Source: Mobula hypostoma (taxonomy: Eukaryota). From it: a stretch of 64,000 nt of DNA. The translations under genes and the position numbers were made by a program. Location of the stretch: NCBI RefSeq assembly GCF_963921235.1, contig NC_086097.1, positions 251,412,001 through 251,476,000 of the forward strand, written 5' to 3'. The notes beneath the pieces are model-generated. The model was given only the letters and a program-made list of their open reading frames with translations, had not been told where the DNA came from and made no database searches. Of the stretch, positions 38,220 through 51,132 are shown piece by piece (positions within the stretch are counted from its first letter, which is position 1; the number at the start of each line of letters is the position of its first letter).

Positions 38220-40090
38220 GTTAAATGTTAGAACCCCAAAGTCCCCCCCAGCTCCCCTGCCTCTCCCGCATTAAGTGGCAGCAAATAACAATCACCCCTC
38301 CCCCCACCGGCAAAAATAGCAATGGCACCTGCCACCAAGCACTCAAGTGTGAGCAAAGCAACACCAAAGACACAGACTTGCACTTACCCCAAAGACTTGC
38401 GTTTCACCTGGTATACGACATACCACAGGCTCTCTCTCTCTCTCCCTAATAGGGGAGAAGGAGGGGTCTCTGTTTTCCCAACAAGCAGGGAGACATAACA
38501 AACAACTTGTGGGTTTACGATGTTAAAAGTCCATTACGTCACTTTTTTCGAGCTCTGTGCCAGAAGATCACAAAGATCTCGGGTCTCCAGGCACACAACA
38601 GATATCCCGACTCCCTCGACGACACACAGGTCTTCTGCTGTGACACCGACCCTCGATCTGCCCATCTCCGGAGCCCCGAGAACGCAGGCTTCCAAATCCT
38701 AGTTGGACTCTTAGGCCGAGCCCTTGGCATGCCAAAAAACAACAGCCGGTTATGAAACCCAGAGAGTGGGTCCTATTCCCACAAAGAACCAAAGTCAGTG
38801 TGTAACTTCAGGTCAGGGTCCCAAAGAACTTTGAAAGGGAAAAATAAAGATATTGAAGATGGAAATAGAACTGTTTCCGAAGATGCAAGCAAAGGAGTCG
38901 CCGTTTAGCGCCATCAGTACTCTGCTCTGCCTCTTCTCCACCTCAGAACACATCCTAAGAATAAAGAGACGTCCTTTTAAAATGGAGATGAAGAGGTGTT
39001 TCTTTAGTCAGTGGTGAATATGTGGAATTCGTTGCCACAGGCAGCCGTGGAGGCCAAGTCACTGGGTATATTTAAGGCAGAGGTTGACAGATTCTTGATT
39101 AGTCAGGGGCATGAAGGGTTATAGGGAGAAGGCAGGAGACTGGCACTGAGAGGGAAATGGATCAGCCATGACAAAATGATGGAGCAGACCCGATGGGCCA
39201 AATGGCCTCATTCTGCTGCTATATGGTCTTAAGTATCAAGAGCATTCTGGAAGAAGATGGCACCAGCAAACCAAGCTATTAAAGGCGATATCCTCAAGGC
39301 AGTTCCTGAGCAATTCTTTTCACTTCTTTTATGCCTTATTTTTATTTCAGATGTGGTTCTGCTACTGTTGCAGTCTGTTGTCTACATTCTGGTGTTGTGT
39401 CTTTGGGCCGGTGAAGTGATTTGGCACTTGGCTGATTCCGAGAGCGTACCACGAGCTGCAAGCAAAGCCAGGAAACTAGGAGATGGGGCACGAGCCCATA
39501 ATCAACTCCATCTCTCGCCAATCTCACCAATTGAAGCGTCAAGGAAGATTGAAATCATCAAGGTGAGTGTGGGAGGCGAGTGGGAGTTCAGTGCCGTCTA
39601 CCAACCCCTCACTCACTGCTGCTGGAGAAAGGTGGCTGCATGTGACGGACTCTCTCTCCCTCTGGCTCACTGCTCCCGAGGGAAGGTCCCCACATTCCAG
39701 TGATCTCTTACTCTCTCAATGCTGCTGGAGGATGGTGCCAGAGCAAGGATGAATCGCTGCAGTTTGTGGATTTGGACTCTAATTCAGATTTATGATGTAT
39801 TCTAGTTCTGTTCATTCCTTTTTTTGTTGCTACTTTTGGGTGATTTTTGAATCAGAGCAACCTGCAGATAACAAACTCTGATCTGAACTGAAACATGCCT
39901 TTTGATTTTGTGTTTTACATTCCGTGTTTTCACTCTTTTTTTTTGTTGTGGTTTGTGCAATTTACTTTGCATGGGGGAGAGAGGTGTTGACATTTTTCTT
40001 TGAACGGGTTGGTTCTACAGTTCTTTATTTTGTGGCTGTGTGAGAGAAAGACAAATATCAGGGTTGTATGCTGCATACATGCTTTGAATG
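38220..40090. mobile_element. Two non-autonomous Rex1/Babar-like elements with GATGGC 5' ends (minus 38220-38920, plus 39253-40090)
   Basis: 5' (aa)gatggc(g/a)c starts, non-coding bodies; the plus copy ends in a Rex-type cagggttgtatg..tacat..tttga tail. Confidence 0.45.
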
Positions 40091-42322
40091 TAAAAACATG
40101 AGATGAAGGGTCCTTGAATGTGATTCCATAGGTTGTGGGAACATTTCAGCGATAGGGCGTGAAATTGAGTGAAGTTATCCCCTCTGGTTAAAGAGCCAGA
40201 TGGTTGAACCTGGTTATGAGGTCCTGAGGCTCCTGTATGTTCTTCCTGCCGGATAGCAGTGGCATTAACAGAGCATGGCCTGGGTGCTGGGGTTCCCAAA
40301 TGATGGATACTGCATTCCTGCAACAATGCTCTATGTAGATGTGCTCAGTGGGCGGGGGGGGGGCGCGGTGGTTTGCCTGTGATGGGCTGGGCTGTATCCA
40401 CTACTTTTTGTAGGATTTTCCATTCAAGGGCATTGGTGTTTCCATACCAGACTGTGATGCAGCCAGTCAATATATTCCCCACCACACATCTATGGAGCTT
40501 TGTCAAAGTTTTAGATGTCCTGCCAAATCTTCGCAAACTCCTAAGGAAGTACAGGTGTTGAAGTGTTTTCTTCATGATTGCACTTACATGCTGGGCCCGG
40601 AACAGGTCCTGCGAAATAATAACACCAAGTTATTTAAAGTTGCTGACCTTCTCCACCTCTGATCACCTTGGCTCATGGGCCTCCGGTTTCCTCCTCCTGA
40701 AGTCAATAATCAACTCCTTGGTCTCGCTGACATTGAGTAAGAGGTTGTTGTTGAGGTGCCAGTTAGATTTTCAATTTCCCTCCTGTATGCTGATTCCTCA
40801 CCACCTTTGATTCAGCCTACGACAGTGGGGTCTAAACACACAGCCTTGTGGTGCACCTTGTGGAGAAGGCTCAGACAAGGTTAATGAGCATGATTCCGGG
40901 AATGAAACGGTTACACTATACGGGCCAACTGATGGCTCTGGGCCTGTACTCACTGGAATTCAGAAAAATGAGGAAGGATCTCATTGAATCCTATTGAATG
41001 TTGAAAGGCTTTGACAGAGTGGATGTGGAGAGGATGTTTCCAATGGTGGGGGAGTCTAGGACCAGAAGGCACAGCCTCAGAATAGTGGGACGTCCATTTA
41101 GAATGGAGATGAGATGGAATTTCTTTAAAACCATGAGATATAGGAGCAGAATTAAGTCATTTGGCCTATCAAGTCCACTCCGCAGACTCTGCTTAGCCAA
41201 AGAGTGAAGAAACTGAGATGCGAAGAAATTTTTTTAGTCAGAGGGTGGTGAATCTATGGAATTTGTTGCCATGGGCGGCAGTGGAGGCCAAGTCATTGGG
41301 TGTATTTAAGGCAGAGATTGATAAGTATCTGAGTAGCCAGGGCATCAAAGGTTATGATGAGAAGGCGGGGGAGTGGGACTAAATGGGAGAATGGATCAGC
41401 TCGTGATAAAATGGCGGAGCAGACTCGATGGGCTGAATGGCAGACTTCTGCTCCTTTGTCTTATGGTCTTATGGACTAAACTGTGGAATATGTTGCCGCA
41501 GCGGCGCTGGAGGCCAAATCATTGGCCACATCTAAGACAGGTTGATGGGTCATTGATTAGTTAGGGCATCAAGGGTTATAGGAAGTATAATGGGGTCGAG
41601 AGGGAAAATAAATCAATGATAACAAAATGGTAAAGCAGACTCAATAGCCCAAATGGCCTAATTCTGCTCCTATGTCTTATGGTCGTGAAGCTTCTTAATT
41701 AGTTTAGAGTGGATGACAGTATTCATGCTGAACTATAGTCGATAAAGAGCATGCTGCTGTCTAGATGTTCCAGGGTTGAGCGATCAGCCGGTGAAATGGC
41801 ATCCGCTATGAACCTGTTGAGCCAGTAGGAAAGTAGAGTGGATCCAAGTCACTTCCCTGGATGGAGTTAATGTGTTTCATCACCAACCTCTTAAAACACT
41901 TCATCATTGTGAATTTAAGTGCTATTCGATGATAGTCATTGAGGCAGGTTCTTCTGGGGTACTGTATAATTCAAGTCTGCTTGAAGCAGGTCAGTATCTC
42001 AGACTGCCAAGGAACAAGGTTAAAGATTTTAAAGTTGATTAACACAGGTCTTTAGTACTTAGCTGGGTACCCCAACTGGGCCGGTTGCTTTCCGTGGGTT
42101 CATCCTCCTGAAGGGTGCTCTCACGTTGGCCTCAGGGACTGAAATCAAGGGATCATTAGGGGCTGTGGGAGTTTTGATGGTTCCTCCAGGTTTTGATGTG
42201 AAAGTGAGCAGAGAAAGCATTGAGCTCATATGGAAGCAAAGCCCTGTGGTCACCAATGTTGCTTGATGTTACTTTATAAGAGGTGATAGCATTCCAGCTC
42301 TGTCACAACTGTCAAGCTTCCT

Positions 42323-43044
42323 TCATTGATCAAGTTTAACTTTAACTCCAGTTGCAGCCAGTAACTTTTGCAGCTCACTCACAGTGACTGTTGCTGTCAC
42401 ATTAGCCTGTCTTACAAGTGCTGTTCTTCTCCGATGACTAAGTTTAGAAGGGTGACCTGTCCTAGGCAGTGTTGCTGTGGTTTCATATTTTTTCCACTTT
42501 TTCACAATGGACTACACTGAGCTCCGAAGTGCATTCAGTGCCTTTGAAGTGCTCTTGTTCCCTTCCCCAGATTCGAGCTTCTCTCTTATCATTTCCCTTG
42601 GATGCTCTTTTGTCTTCATTTTGGTTTGGTCTGTTGAAAGTATACCATACTGTTGGACCTTGCGGAGAGAGGGGGCATTTATTCAGATGATCCTTCAATT
42701 TTCTACATCAACAAAATTATGAGTTGGTGAAGTAATATACAGTATTGCACCTGAGGAAAGTTACATAGGGGATCGAATACTTTTTCAACCTCACAATTTT
42801 GGTTTTTAATTGTTTGTAAATTGTTAACAGGTTTTTGGATTTTTAAACATAGAATAATAGAGCATAGGAACAGGCCTTTCACCCCACAGTATTGTACTGA
42901 AGACATTATTTCTTTTGATTTGACATGATGCACAATGCTTTGTAGATTATCTCAAAAATCCTACTTCAATATATTTGAAACTTGGAAGATGATACAGTAA
43001 GATGTGAAAATGGTTGTGAGGATGAATACTTTTTCAAGATACTG
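42323..43044 (-). mobile_element. Tc1 (IR/DR type) left end and transposase HTH fragment
   Basis: KKWKKYETTATLPRTGHPSKLSHRRRTALVR peptide; TIR TA|CAGTATCTTGAAAAAGTATTCA with inner repeat near 42770-42795. Confidence 0.8.
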
Positions 43045-43870
43045 TATAGGTTTTCAGTATACTGTGTGTTGGTTCCGTCTACTTATGGAAGGGTTGAAAC
43101 TGGACATGCGTGAAAGGCATAAATATCCAGCTGAGGTCTCATGGGAAAACTATTGTTGCATCTTCGGTGATAGTATCATGTGAGTATATATATAGGGTTG
43201 TGTGACATAAAGTCTATAAAGAGAAGGTAATCAGACCATTTACAGAAACAGCTGAGGCCCTGAACCCAGAAAAGTATCCATGACAAACCAGAATTTAGAA
43301 CAGAAATTTGGATGCTTTCCAGCATCCTAGATGATTCTAAATATGTTCACACATCTTAGGGGCTTGACGAGATTAGACAGGAGTAGTTACCATAGCTGAT
43401 CTTTCCAGTCATTAGCTAAATACATTAAGTCTGGTTGTAAAACACTCCCAGCTAAAAAAAAGGCCACATTAGACAGAGGACTGATTAGGAATCTTGCCTA
43501 GCAATTTATCAGCAAGTTGTTTAACACAAGTTGTTTCTGAAAAAAAAAACAGAATCAACTGAGAGTAAAAGTCTATATTCTGCCCACTTGCTCGTGAGGC
43601 ACACCATTGGTTATACTTTATCAGGGGTTTCAGATTTGGTATGTCTCCAAAGATGTCCACAAGCAAATTTCTATGGATGTACCGTGGAGAGAGTTCTAAC
43701 TGATTGCATCACTGTCTGATAAGTCGGTGTGGGGGGGGGGGAAACACTGCATGGGATCGGAAAAAGCTGCGGAGGGTTGTAAACTCATCTCCATCATGGG
43801 AACTAGCTTCCCAACATCAAGAACATGTTCAAAAGGTTCTGCCTCAAAAAGGCGTCAACCATCATTAAAG

Positions 43871-44098
43871 CAACACACATAAAAGTTGCTGGTGAACGCA
43901 GCAGGCCAGGCAGCATCTCTAGGAAGAGGCACAGCCAATGTTTCGGGCTGAGACGTCCTGACGAAGGGTCTCGGCCCGAAACGTTGGCTGTGCCTCTTCC
44001 TAGAGATGCTGCCTGGCCTGCTGTGTTCACCAGCAACTTTTATGTGTGTTGCTTGAAATTCCAGCATCTGCAGATTTCCTCGTGTTTGTATTTTTAAA
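43871..44098. mobile_element. Palindromic PLE-derived mini-element with hammerhead core
   Basis: 87-bp inverted arms 43868-43954 and 43968-44054; 14-bp TSD aaccatcattaaag at 43857-43870 and 44099-44112. Confidence 0.85.
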
Positions 44099-47000
44099 AA
44101 CCATCATTAAAGACCCACATCACCCAGGACATGCCCTCTTCTCATTACTAGCATCAAAGAGGAGGTCCAGGAGCCTGAAGACACACACATAACATTTTAG
44201 CACTGCTTCCTCCCCTCCAGCATCGGATTTCTAAAAGGTCCATGAACCCATGAACATGACCTCAGTATTAACTACTGATTTAACATTAATAATAATATTA
44301 TACATATATTTACTATTGTAATTTACAGTATATGTTATGTATTGCACTGCACTGTTGCAGCAAAACAAAAAGTCATTGGGTACATTTAAAGTGAGGTTAA
44401 TAGGTTCTTGATTAGTCGGGGCATCAAAGCTTTTGTGGAGAAGGCAGCAGGGTGAGGTTGAGTGGGATAATAAATCAGCCGTGATGGAATGGCAGAGCAA
44501 TTCAATGGGCTGAATGGCCTAATGACTTATTGTGTAAATTTCATGATATATGTCAGTAATAATAAACCTGATTCTGAAGGACTTAACTACTTCGCTAAAA
44601 TAAAAAATAAAGTTAAACAATCATCTTTATAAACATTTTCAATGTCAAGGTGAATTTTAAATTAACTTTAACAGCTACAGTCTTCACCACCTCACCTGAC
44701 AATGCATTTCACTGTATTTTCTTGTGTACATGTCACAAATAAATCTAAATTTGAAAGGTTTGATTCAAATAAAACAAAGTTTAGAGAAAACACTATACAT
44801 TTAAACTCGTTAGTTTTTGATATGCTCGTTGCTATTTTTTTCACTATTAGTTGATAAAATTTGTATGGTTGTACATGTGATGCAAACAGTAATGATTAAC
44901 AGTAACTCTTACCTTGCATAAATATTTACCCGCACTGTGTTGTTTCCAAGGTATTTTAGTCATTGGTGGCTAAGGGGAAATCTGAGAGCCACCACTATAA
45001 CCGATACTGATTTCACTTTTTTAAAGTCAAGGATGAATTATCTTACCTCAGCCAATACAGCAGGATGGTGCCTTCAATGTTTTTCTTTTTATCTGCTTCA
45101 GGAATGCATGTGTTGTTGGGAAGACAGCATTATTGCCCATTCCTGAGCACATTTCATTGGGAGAGCACAGCCAAGGCAGATCGGAAATAACATCTCCTCG
45201 CTGACAATCAACACTGGACTTGGCACGTCACCAAAGACTCTGGCAAGTTTCTACAAATGTATCATGGAGAGCATTCGAACTGGTTGCATCACCATCTGGT
45301 ATGGATGGGGGGAGGCACTACACAGCATCAGGAAAAGCTGCAGAAAGTTGTAAACTCAGCCAGCTCCATCATGGGCACCAGCCTCCCCAGTACTGAGGAC
45401 ACCTTCAAAAGGTGAAGCCTCAAAAAAGCAGCATCCATCATTAAGGACTCACATCACCCAGGACCTGCCCTCTTCTCATTGCTACCATCAAGGAGGAGGT
45501 ACAGGAGCTTGAAGACACACACTCAATGTTTCAGGAACAGCTTTTTCCCCTCTGCCGTCAGATTTCTGAATGGACAATGAATTGTTCTCAATATTATTTA
45601 TTACTTCTTTATTTGTGTTTTGATTTTTCTACTTACACAGTTTGTCTTCTTTTGCACATTGGTTGTTTGTCCATCTTGGTTTGTGTGTAGTTCTTTGTTG
45701 ATTCTATTGTGTATCTTTGTATTTACTGTGAATGCTTGCAAGAAAATGAACCTCAGTTTTGTAAATGGTGACATATATACAGTATATGTCACCATGTACT
45801 ACCCTGAGATTCGTTTTCTTGCGGGCACTCACAGGAGATACAAAGGAACACAATAGAATCAATGAAAAACTGCACACGATAGAGACAGAGATTCTACCCA
45901 CAATGTTTGTATTGTCAGCAAATTTACAGACGGTATTTAAGCTCTACCTAGCCACACAGTCATGGAGAGTAGAGAGTATAGAGAGTAGAGCAGTAGGCTA
46001 AGCACACACCCCTGAGCTGCACCAGTGTGGATCTTCAGCAAGGAGCAGATGTTATCACCAATCTGCAGAGATTGTGGCCTTCCGGTTAGGAAGTTGAGAT
46101 CCATTCTTCACATAATGCACATATGATCATAAGACCTTGTTGGACGATGATAATGCGGCAGACAGCAAGTCCAGTTCATTGATGAGACTGAGGCGGGTTG
46201 TGTGGCCTGGGTTGGTGCACGGATCACAGCCTCATGCCATGGGGTCACCCTGTTGTAGCCGTCTAGGGGAGGAGATGCCAGAGGCAGTGTGGGAGAGAGG
46301 CGGATGTGCTGGAGTCCTTGCTGGGTTGGGGGCTTGCCCCAGCCGTCGGTACTGCACTCCAGTGTTCACTCAGTGAAAGACAAGGTGGATTGTGTTCGTC
46401 GGCAGCTGCACTAACACACAATGTATGTGGTCTGCTGTGGGCTTGTTCATGCAGAAATATGGCTCCAGGACAACATCCCATGCATTACCAATCAACAGAC
46501 CATGACACTCAAGAGACTTATATTATTTTTTGTTTCTAACTAAGGTTTTCTGCTACTGTAATTATATGTGCTACATGTGCCTTGTGCTGTGTGTGACTGT
46601 TGGTTTTGTATCTTGGCCACGAAGGGATACTTTTTCGTTTGGGTGTATTCATGTGTTTAAAGTTCAGAGTAAAATTTATTATCCGAGTACATAGAGCATA
46701 GAAATCTATAGCACATTACAGGCCCTCCCGCAAACAATGTTCTGCCAACCATCTAACCTACTCCAGAAACTGCCCAGAATTTCCCTACCGCATAGCCGGC
46801 AATTTTTCTAAGCTCCATGTACCCATCTAAGAGTCTCTTCAAAGACCCTCTACCACCATTGCTGGCAGTGCGTTCCACACACCCACCACTCTCAGTGTGA
46901 AAAATTTACCCTCACATCCTTGTACCTACTTCCTAGCATCTTAAAGCTATGCATTACAACCCTGAGAATCTTTTTCTTCTGGGCATACTGAGCAAATCTA

Positions 47001-47649
47001 TAGAACAGTAACTGTAAACAGGGTCAATGAACAATAAACGATTGGTTGTGCGAACAGCTGAAACAGAATGAGTGCAGTTATCCCCTTTTGTTCAAGAGCC
47101 TGGTGGTTGAGGGGTAGTAACTGTTCTTGAACCTGGTGGTGCGAGACCTGAGGCTCCTGTACCTTCTGCCTGATGGCAGCAGTGAGAAAAGAGCATGGCC
47201 TGGGTGGTGAGGATCTTTAATGATGGAAGCTGCTTTTCTATGGCAATGTTTCATGTAGATATGCTCAATGCTTGTGAGGGGTTTTATTCTCAGAGCAGTA
47301 CCTTCTATCCGGTTATCTTTTGCTGCTTCATCAATGTCCTTCTCTACTTGATGATGATGCCCAATGTTCAATCAATCAGCAAACCCTATTCACTGCAGTT
47401 TAGCAACACCATGACCACTTTACACTAAAATTGATTTTTTTGTTCCAATTTGACTAGTCTCCCTCTCCCTCTTGCTTGCTGCTACCAGAGGAAGGAACAG
47501 GACTCTTGCCTCTTGGGCAAGGATTGATTGGCATGGTTTGTGGATTGGACTTGTTTTCAGGGGAATGCAGTTCCTGTCATATGGTTTTTGGTTCCTGATT
47601 ACACCTTTTTTTAATTGCTATTTTGAACAATTCTGATCAGGGCACTTTG

Positions 47650-48370
47650 ACTCCTGGCAGTGTGGAGGATCAGAGGGATCTTGGGGTCCGAGTCCATAAG
47701 ACACTTAAAGCTGCTACTCAGGTTGACTCTGTGGTTAAGAAGGCATACGGTGCATTGGCCTTCATCAATTGTGGGATTGAGTTTAAGAGCCGAAAGCTAA
47801 TGTTACAGCTATATAGGACCCTAGTCAGATCCCACTTGCAGTACAGTACTCAGTTCTGGTCACCTCACTACAGGAAGGATGTGGAAACCACAGAATGGGT
47901 GCAGAGGAGATTTACAAGGATGTTACCTGGATTGGGGAGCATGCGTTATGAGAATAGGTTGAGTGAACTCGGCCTTTTCTCCTTGGAGCGACGGAGGATG
48001 AGAGGTGACCTGATAGAGGTGTATAAGATGATGAGAGGCATTGATCGTGTGGATAGTCAGAGGGTTTTTCCCAGGGCTGAAGTGGCTAACACGAGAGGGC
48101 ACAGTTTTAAGGTGCTTGGAAGTAGGTACAGAGATGTCAGGGGTAAGTTTTTTTATGAAGAATAGTGAGTGTGTGGAATGGGCTGACGGTGATGGTGGTG
48201 GAGGTGGATACGATAGGATCTTTTAAGAGACTCCTGGACGGGTACATGGAACTTAGAAAAATAGAGGGCTATGGGTAACACTAGGTAATTTCTAAAGTAT
48301 GCACATGCTTGGCACAGCATTTTGGGCCATAGGGCCTGTATTGTGCTGTAGGTTTTCTATGTTTCTACGT
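47650..48370 (+). mobile_element. CR1 3' end
   Basis: ORF 47623-48165 CR1 C-terminus. Confidence 0.88.
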
Positions 48371-48444
48371 ACTTTGATAATAAATGTATTTTGAATCTTT
48401 GAACTGTGTTCTTCCTTTTAAAAATTGTGTTTAATTCATGTTAA

Positions 48445-48810
48445 AATGCACAAAATGCTGGAGGAACTCGGCAGGTCAGGCAGCATCTATGGAAAGCAAT
48501 AAGGATTCAATATTTTGGGCAGAGACCCTTCATTAGGACTTACGTGTGACAGGGTGGAAAAAAGTATTATCAAGGTAGCTGTGAGACTCAGTAAATTTTT
48601 AAAAGGTTATGGTAGACAGTTTGTCTCTGGATATGGAGACAGAGAGATCAAGAAAGGGGAGAGAACTGTCAGGAACAGACCAAGTGAATTTAAGGACAGG
48701 TTGAAAGTTGGAGGCAAAGTTGAGGGAATTGATGAGCTCAGCATGGGTGCATGAAGCAGCACAAACGTAGTGGTCAGTGCAGTGCAGAAAGAGTTGGGAG
48801 GCATAGGCCC
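48445..48810 (-). mobile_element. PLE fragments (pLTR + RT piece)
   Basis: ASNFQPVLKFTWSVPDSSLPFLDLSVSIS peptide, same family as 33235. Confidence 0.75.
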
Positions 48811-50074
48811 ATGAATAATTCATGTTTTTAATTTCTTGTGAATGTAGCTTCTCTGATTCTAATATGCTTGTGATGCTGCAGCAAAAAAGCTTTTCATTAC
48901 ACCTGTGCATTCTTGTACTTGTGTATCTAATAATAAACTCAACTCTGATAAATTCCAATCACAGTTCCTCAGTAAATTAAGCAGACTATGCAGGAAAAGC
49001 TGAACATCATTCAGTCATGGCCAGATTAGTGACAAGTAATGTTGGTACCATAAAAGTGCCAGGCTATAATTATCTTCAACAAGAGAAAGTCTATCCACCT
49101 TATCTTTGATGTGCAATGACATTACTATTGTTGATATCCTCTGAGCTGCCATTGACCAGAAATTCTCCTGGATTTACCACATAATTATTGTGGTTCCAGG
49201 AACAGGTCAGAGGCTGGTGACTCAGCTCCATCACAGGAAAGTAGCACCCATCATCCAGCCAGGCTCCCACCATCCAGGCCATGTTCTTTTCTCACTGCTG
49301 CCAGGTAAAAGAGCCTCAGGACCCACATTATCAGGCTCAGGAACAGTTATTACCGCTCAACCATCTGGCTCTTGAACCAGAAGATAACTTCACTTACTCC
49401 AACACTGAACTGTTCCCACAACCTATGGACTCACTCGTCATCTCACATTCTCAATATTTATTACTTATTTACTTCTTTTTTGTTGTTTCTTTGCACTTTA
49501 CTGTGAATGCCTACAAGAAAATAAATTTCAGGGTTGCATATGGTGACATATATAGAAACATAGAAAACCGACAGCACGATACAGGCCCTTCGGCCCACAA
49601 GGTTGGGCCGAACATGTCCCTACCTTAGAAATTACTAGACTTACCCATAGCCCTCTATTTTTCTAAACTCCATGTCCCTATCCGAAAGTCTCTTAAAAGA
49701 CCCTGTCGTATCCGCCTCCACCACCATTGCCGGCAGCCCATTCCATGCACTCACCATTCTCTGAGTGAAAAAACTTACCCCTGACATCTCCTCTGTACCT
49801 ACTCCCCAGCACCTTAAACCTGTCTCCTCTTGTGGCAACTATTTCAGCCCTGGGAAAAAGCCTCTGACTATCCACACGATCAATGCCACTCTAATAATAA
49901 ATTCACTTTGAACTTTGACTTCTGATACTCCAAAGCCACAGCATGGACACTGACCATTAACCGAGATGTCTATGGACCCCAGGTTGCAAACGCCTGCCTT
50001 ACACCCTACAAGACACATCAGCCATGACAGAATACTCTAGGCCTGTCGGGATGACTATATCTCCAACAACACTG

Positions 50075-50392
50075 AGTGGCACTGTGGCACAGCAGTTAAT
50101 GTAATGCTATTTCATCATCTGCTATCACCAATCGGGGTCTCAGTTCCCCCCACTGCCTTTAAGGAGTGCATATGCTCTCCCCATGATTGCCTGCGTTTCC
50201 TCCGGATGTTCCGGTTTCCTCCCACATTACAAAGACTTCCGTTAGGTTAGTGGGTGTGGACATGCTATGTTGGCGCCAGAAGCACGGCGACAGTTGCAGG
50301 CTACTCCAAGCACACGCTCGCTGATTTGATTTGATGCAAATAAATGCATTTCACTGTGTGTTTTAATGTACATGTGACAAATAAAGCTAATC
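50075..50392 (+). mobile_element. Near full-length V-SINE with Rex-like tail
   Basis: gtttcctccggatgttccggtttcctcccaca V-domain; catgtgacaaataaagctaatct tail. A second V-SINE-like copy lies at ~50760-51010. Confidence 0.7.
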
Positions 50393-51132
50393 TGGTTATA
50401 GGAACAGATTAAAGGCTGGGTAACCTATGGTGGTTGACTCATTCCTGATACCTTAAAGTCTTTAAGCCAGCTACAAGGTACATGAGCCATAACAAGATAC
50501 TCTCGGCTTCTCAGGATGAGTACAGCTCCATCAACACTCAAGGGGCTCAGTATGATTGGGCCAAAGCAACCCATGCATCACCCTAAGCATAAAGTCCCTC
50601 TCACCATGCTTGCAGATGCAAACCATTGATAAAATGCATTGCATTTACACAGGGGACTTTCCAAACAGGTGACCTCTGTCACTGGGGACAAGCAAGTACA
50701 TGGCTCTCTTCCTCATAACACAATCCAAGCTTGAAATTATACTGCCATTCCTGCTATTACAGCTCTGAGCATCAGAGTTTGAAGTTTAATTCTAGCTCTG
50801 TCTATTAGAGGTTTGTACGTCCTTCTAGTGAGTGTGTATGGTTTGTCTGGTTTTCTCCCACGTTCCAAAAAGACAAAAAGATCATTCTAGGTTAATTAGC
50901 AATTGTAAATTGTCCTGTAATTAGGCTAAGGTTAAATTGGTGCTTTGCTGCATAGTGCGGCTTGTTGGGTCAGAATGGCCTGTTCTTCTCTGTATCTCAA
51001 ACAGATACATAAATATATAAATAAATACATCCATACAAACCACTATCATAACAGTGGTCCGTGTTAGCCTTGCCTGTAGCAGCTACATCCATACAAACAT
51101 ACAGTACATACAAACTACTATCATAACAGTGT

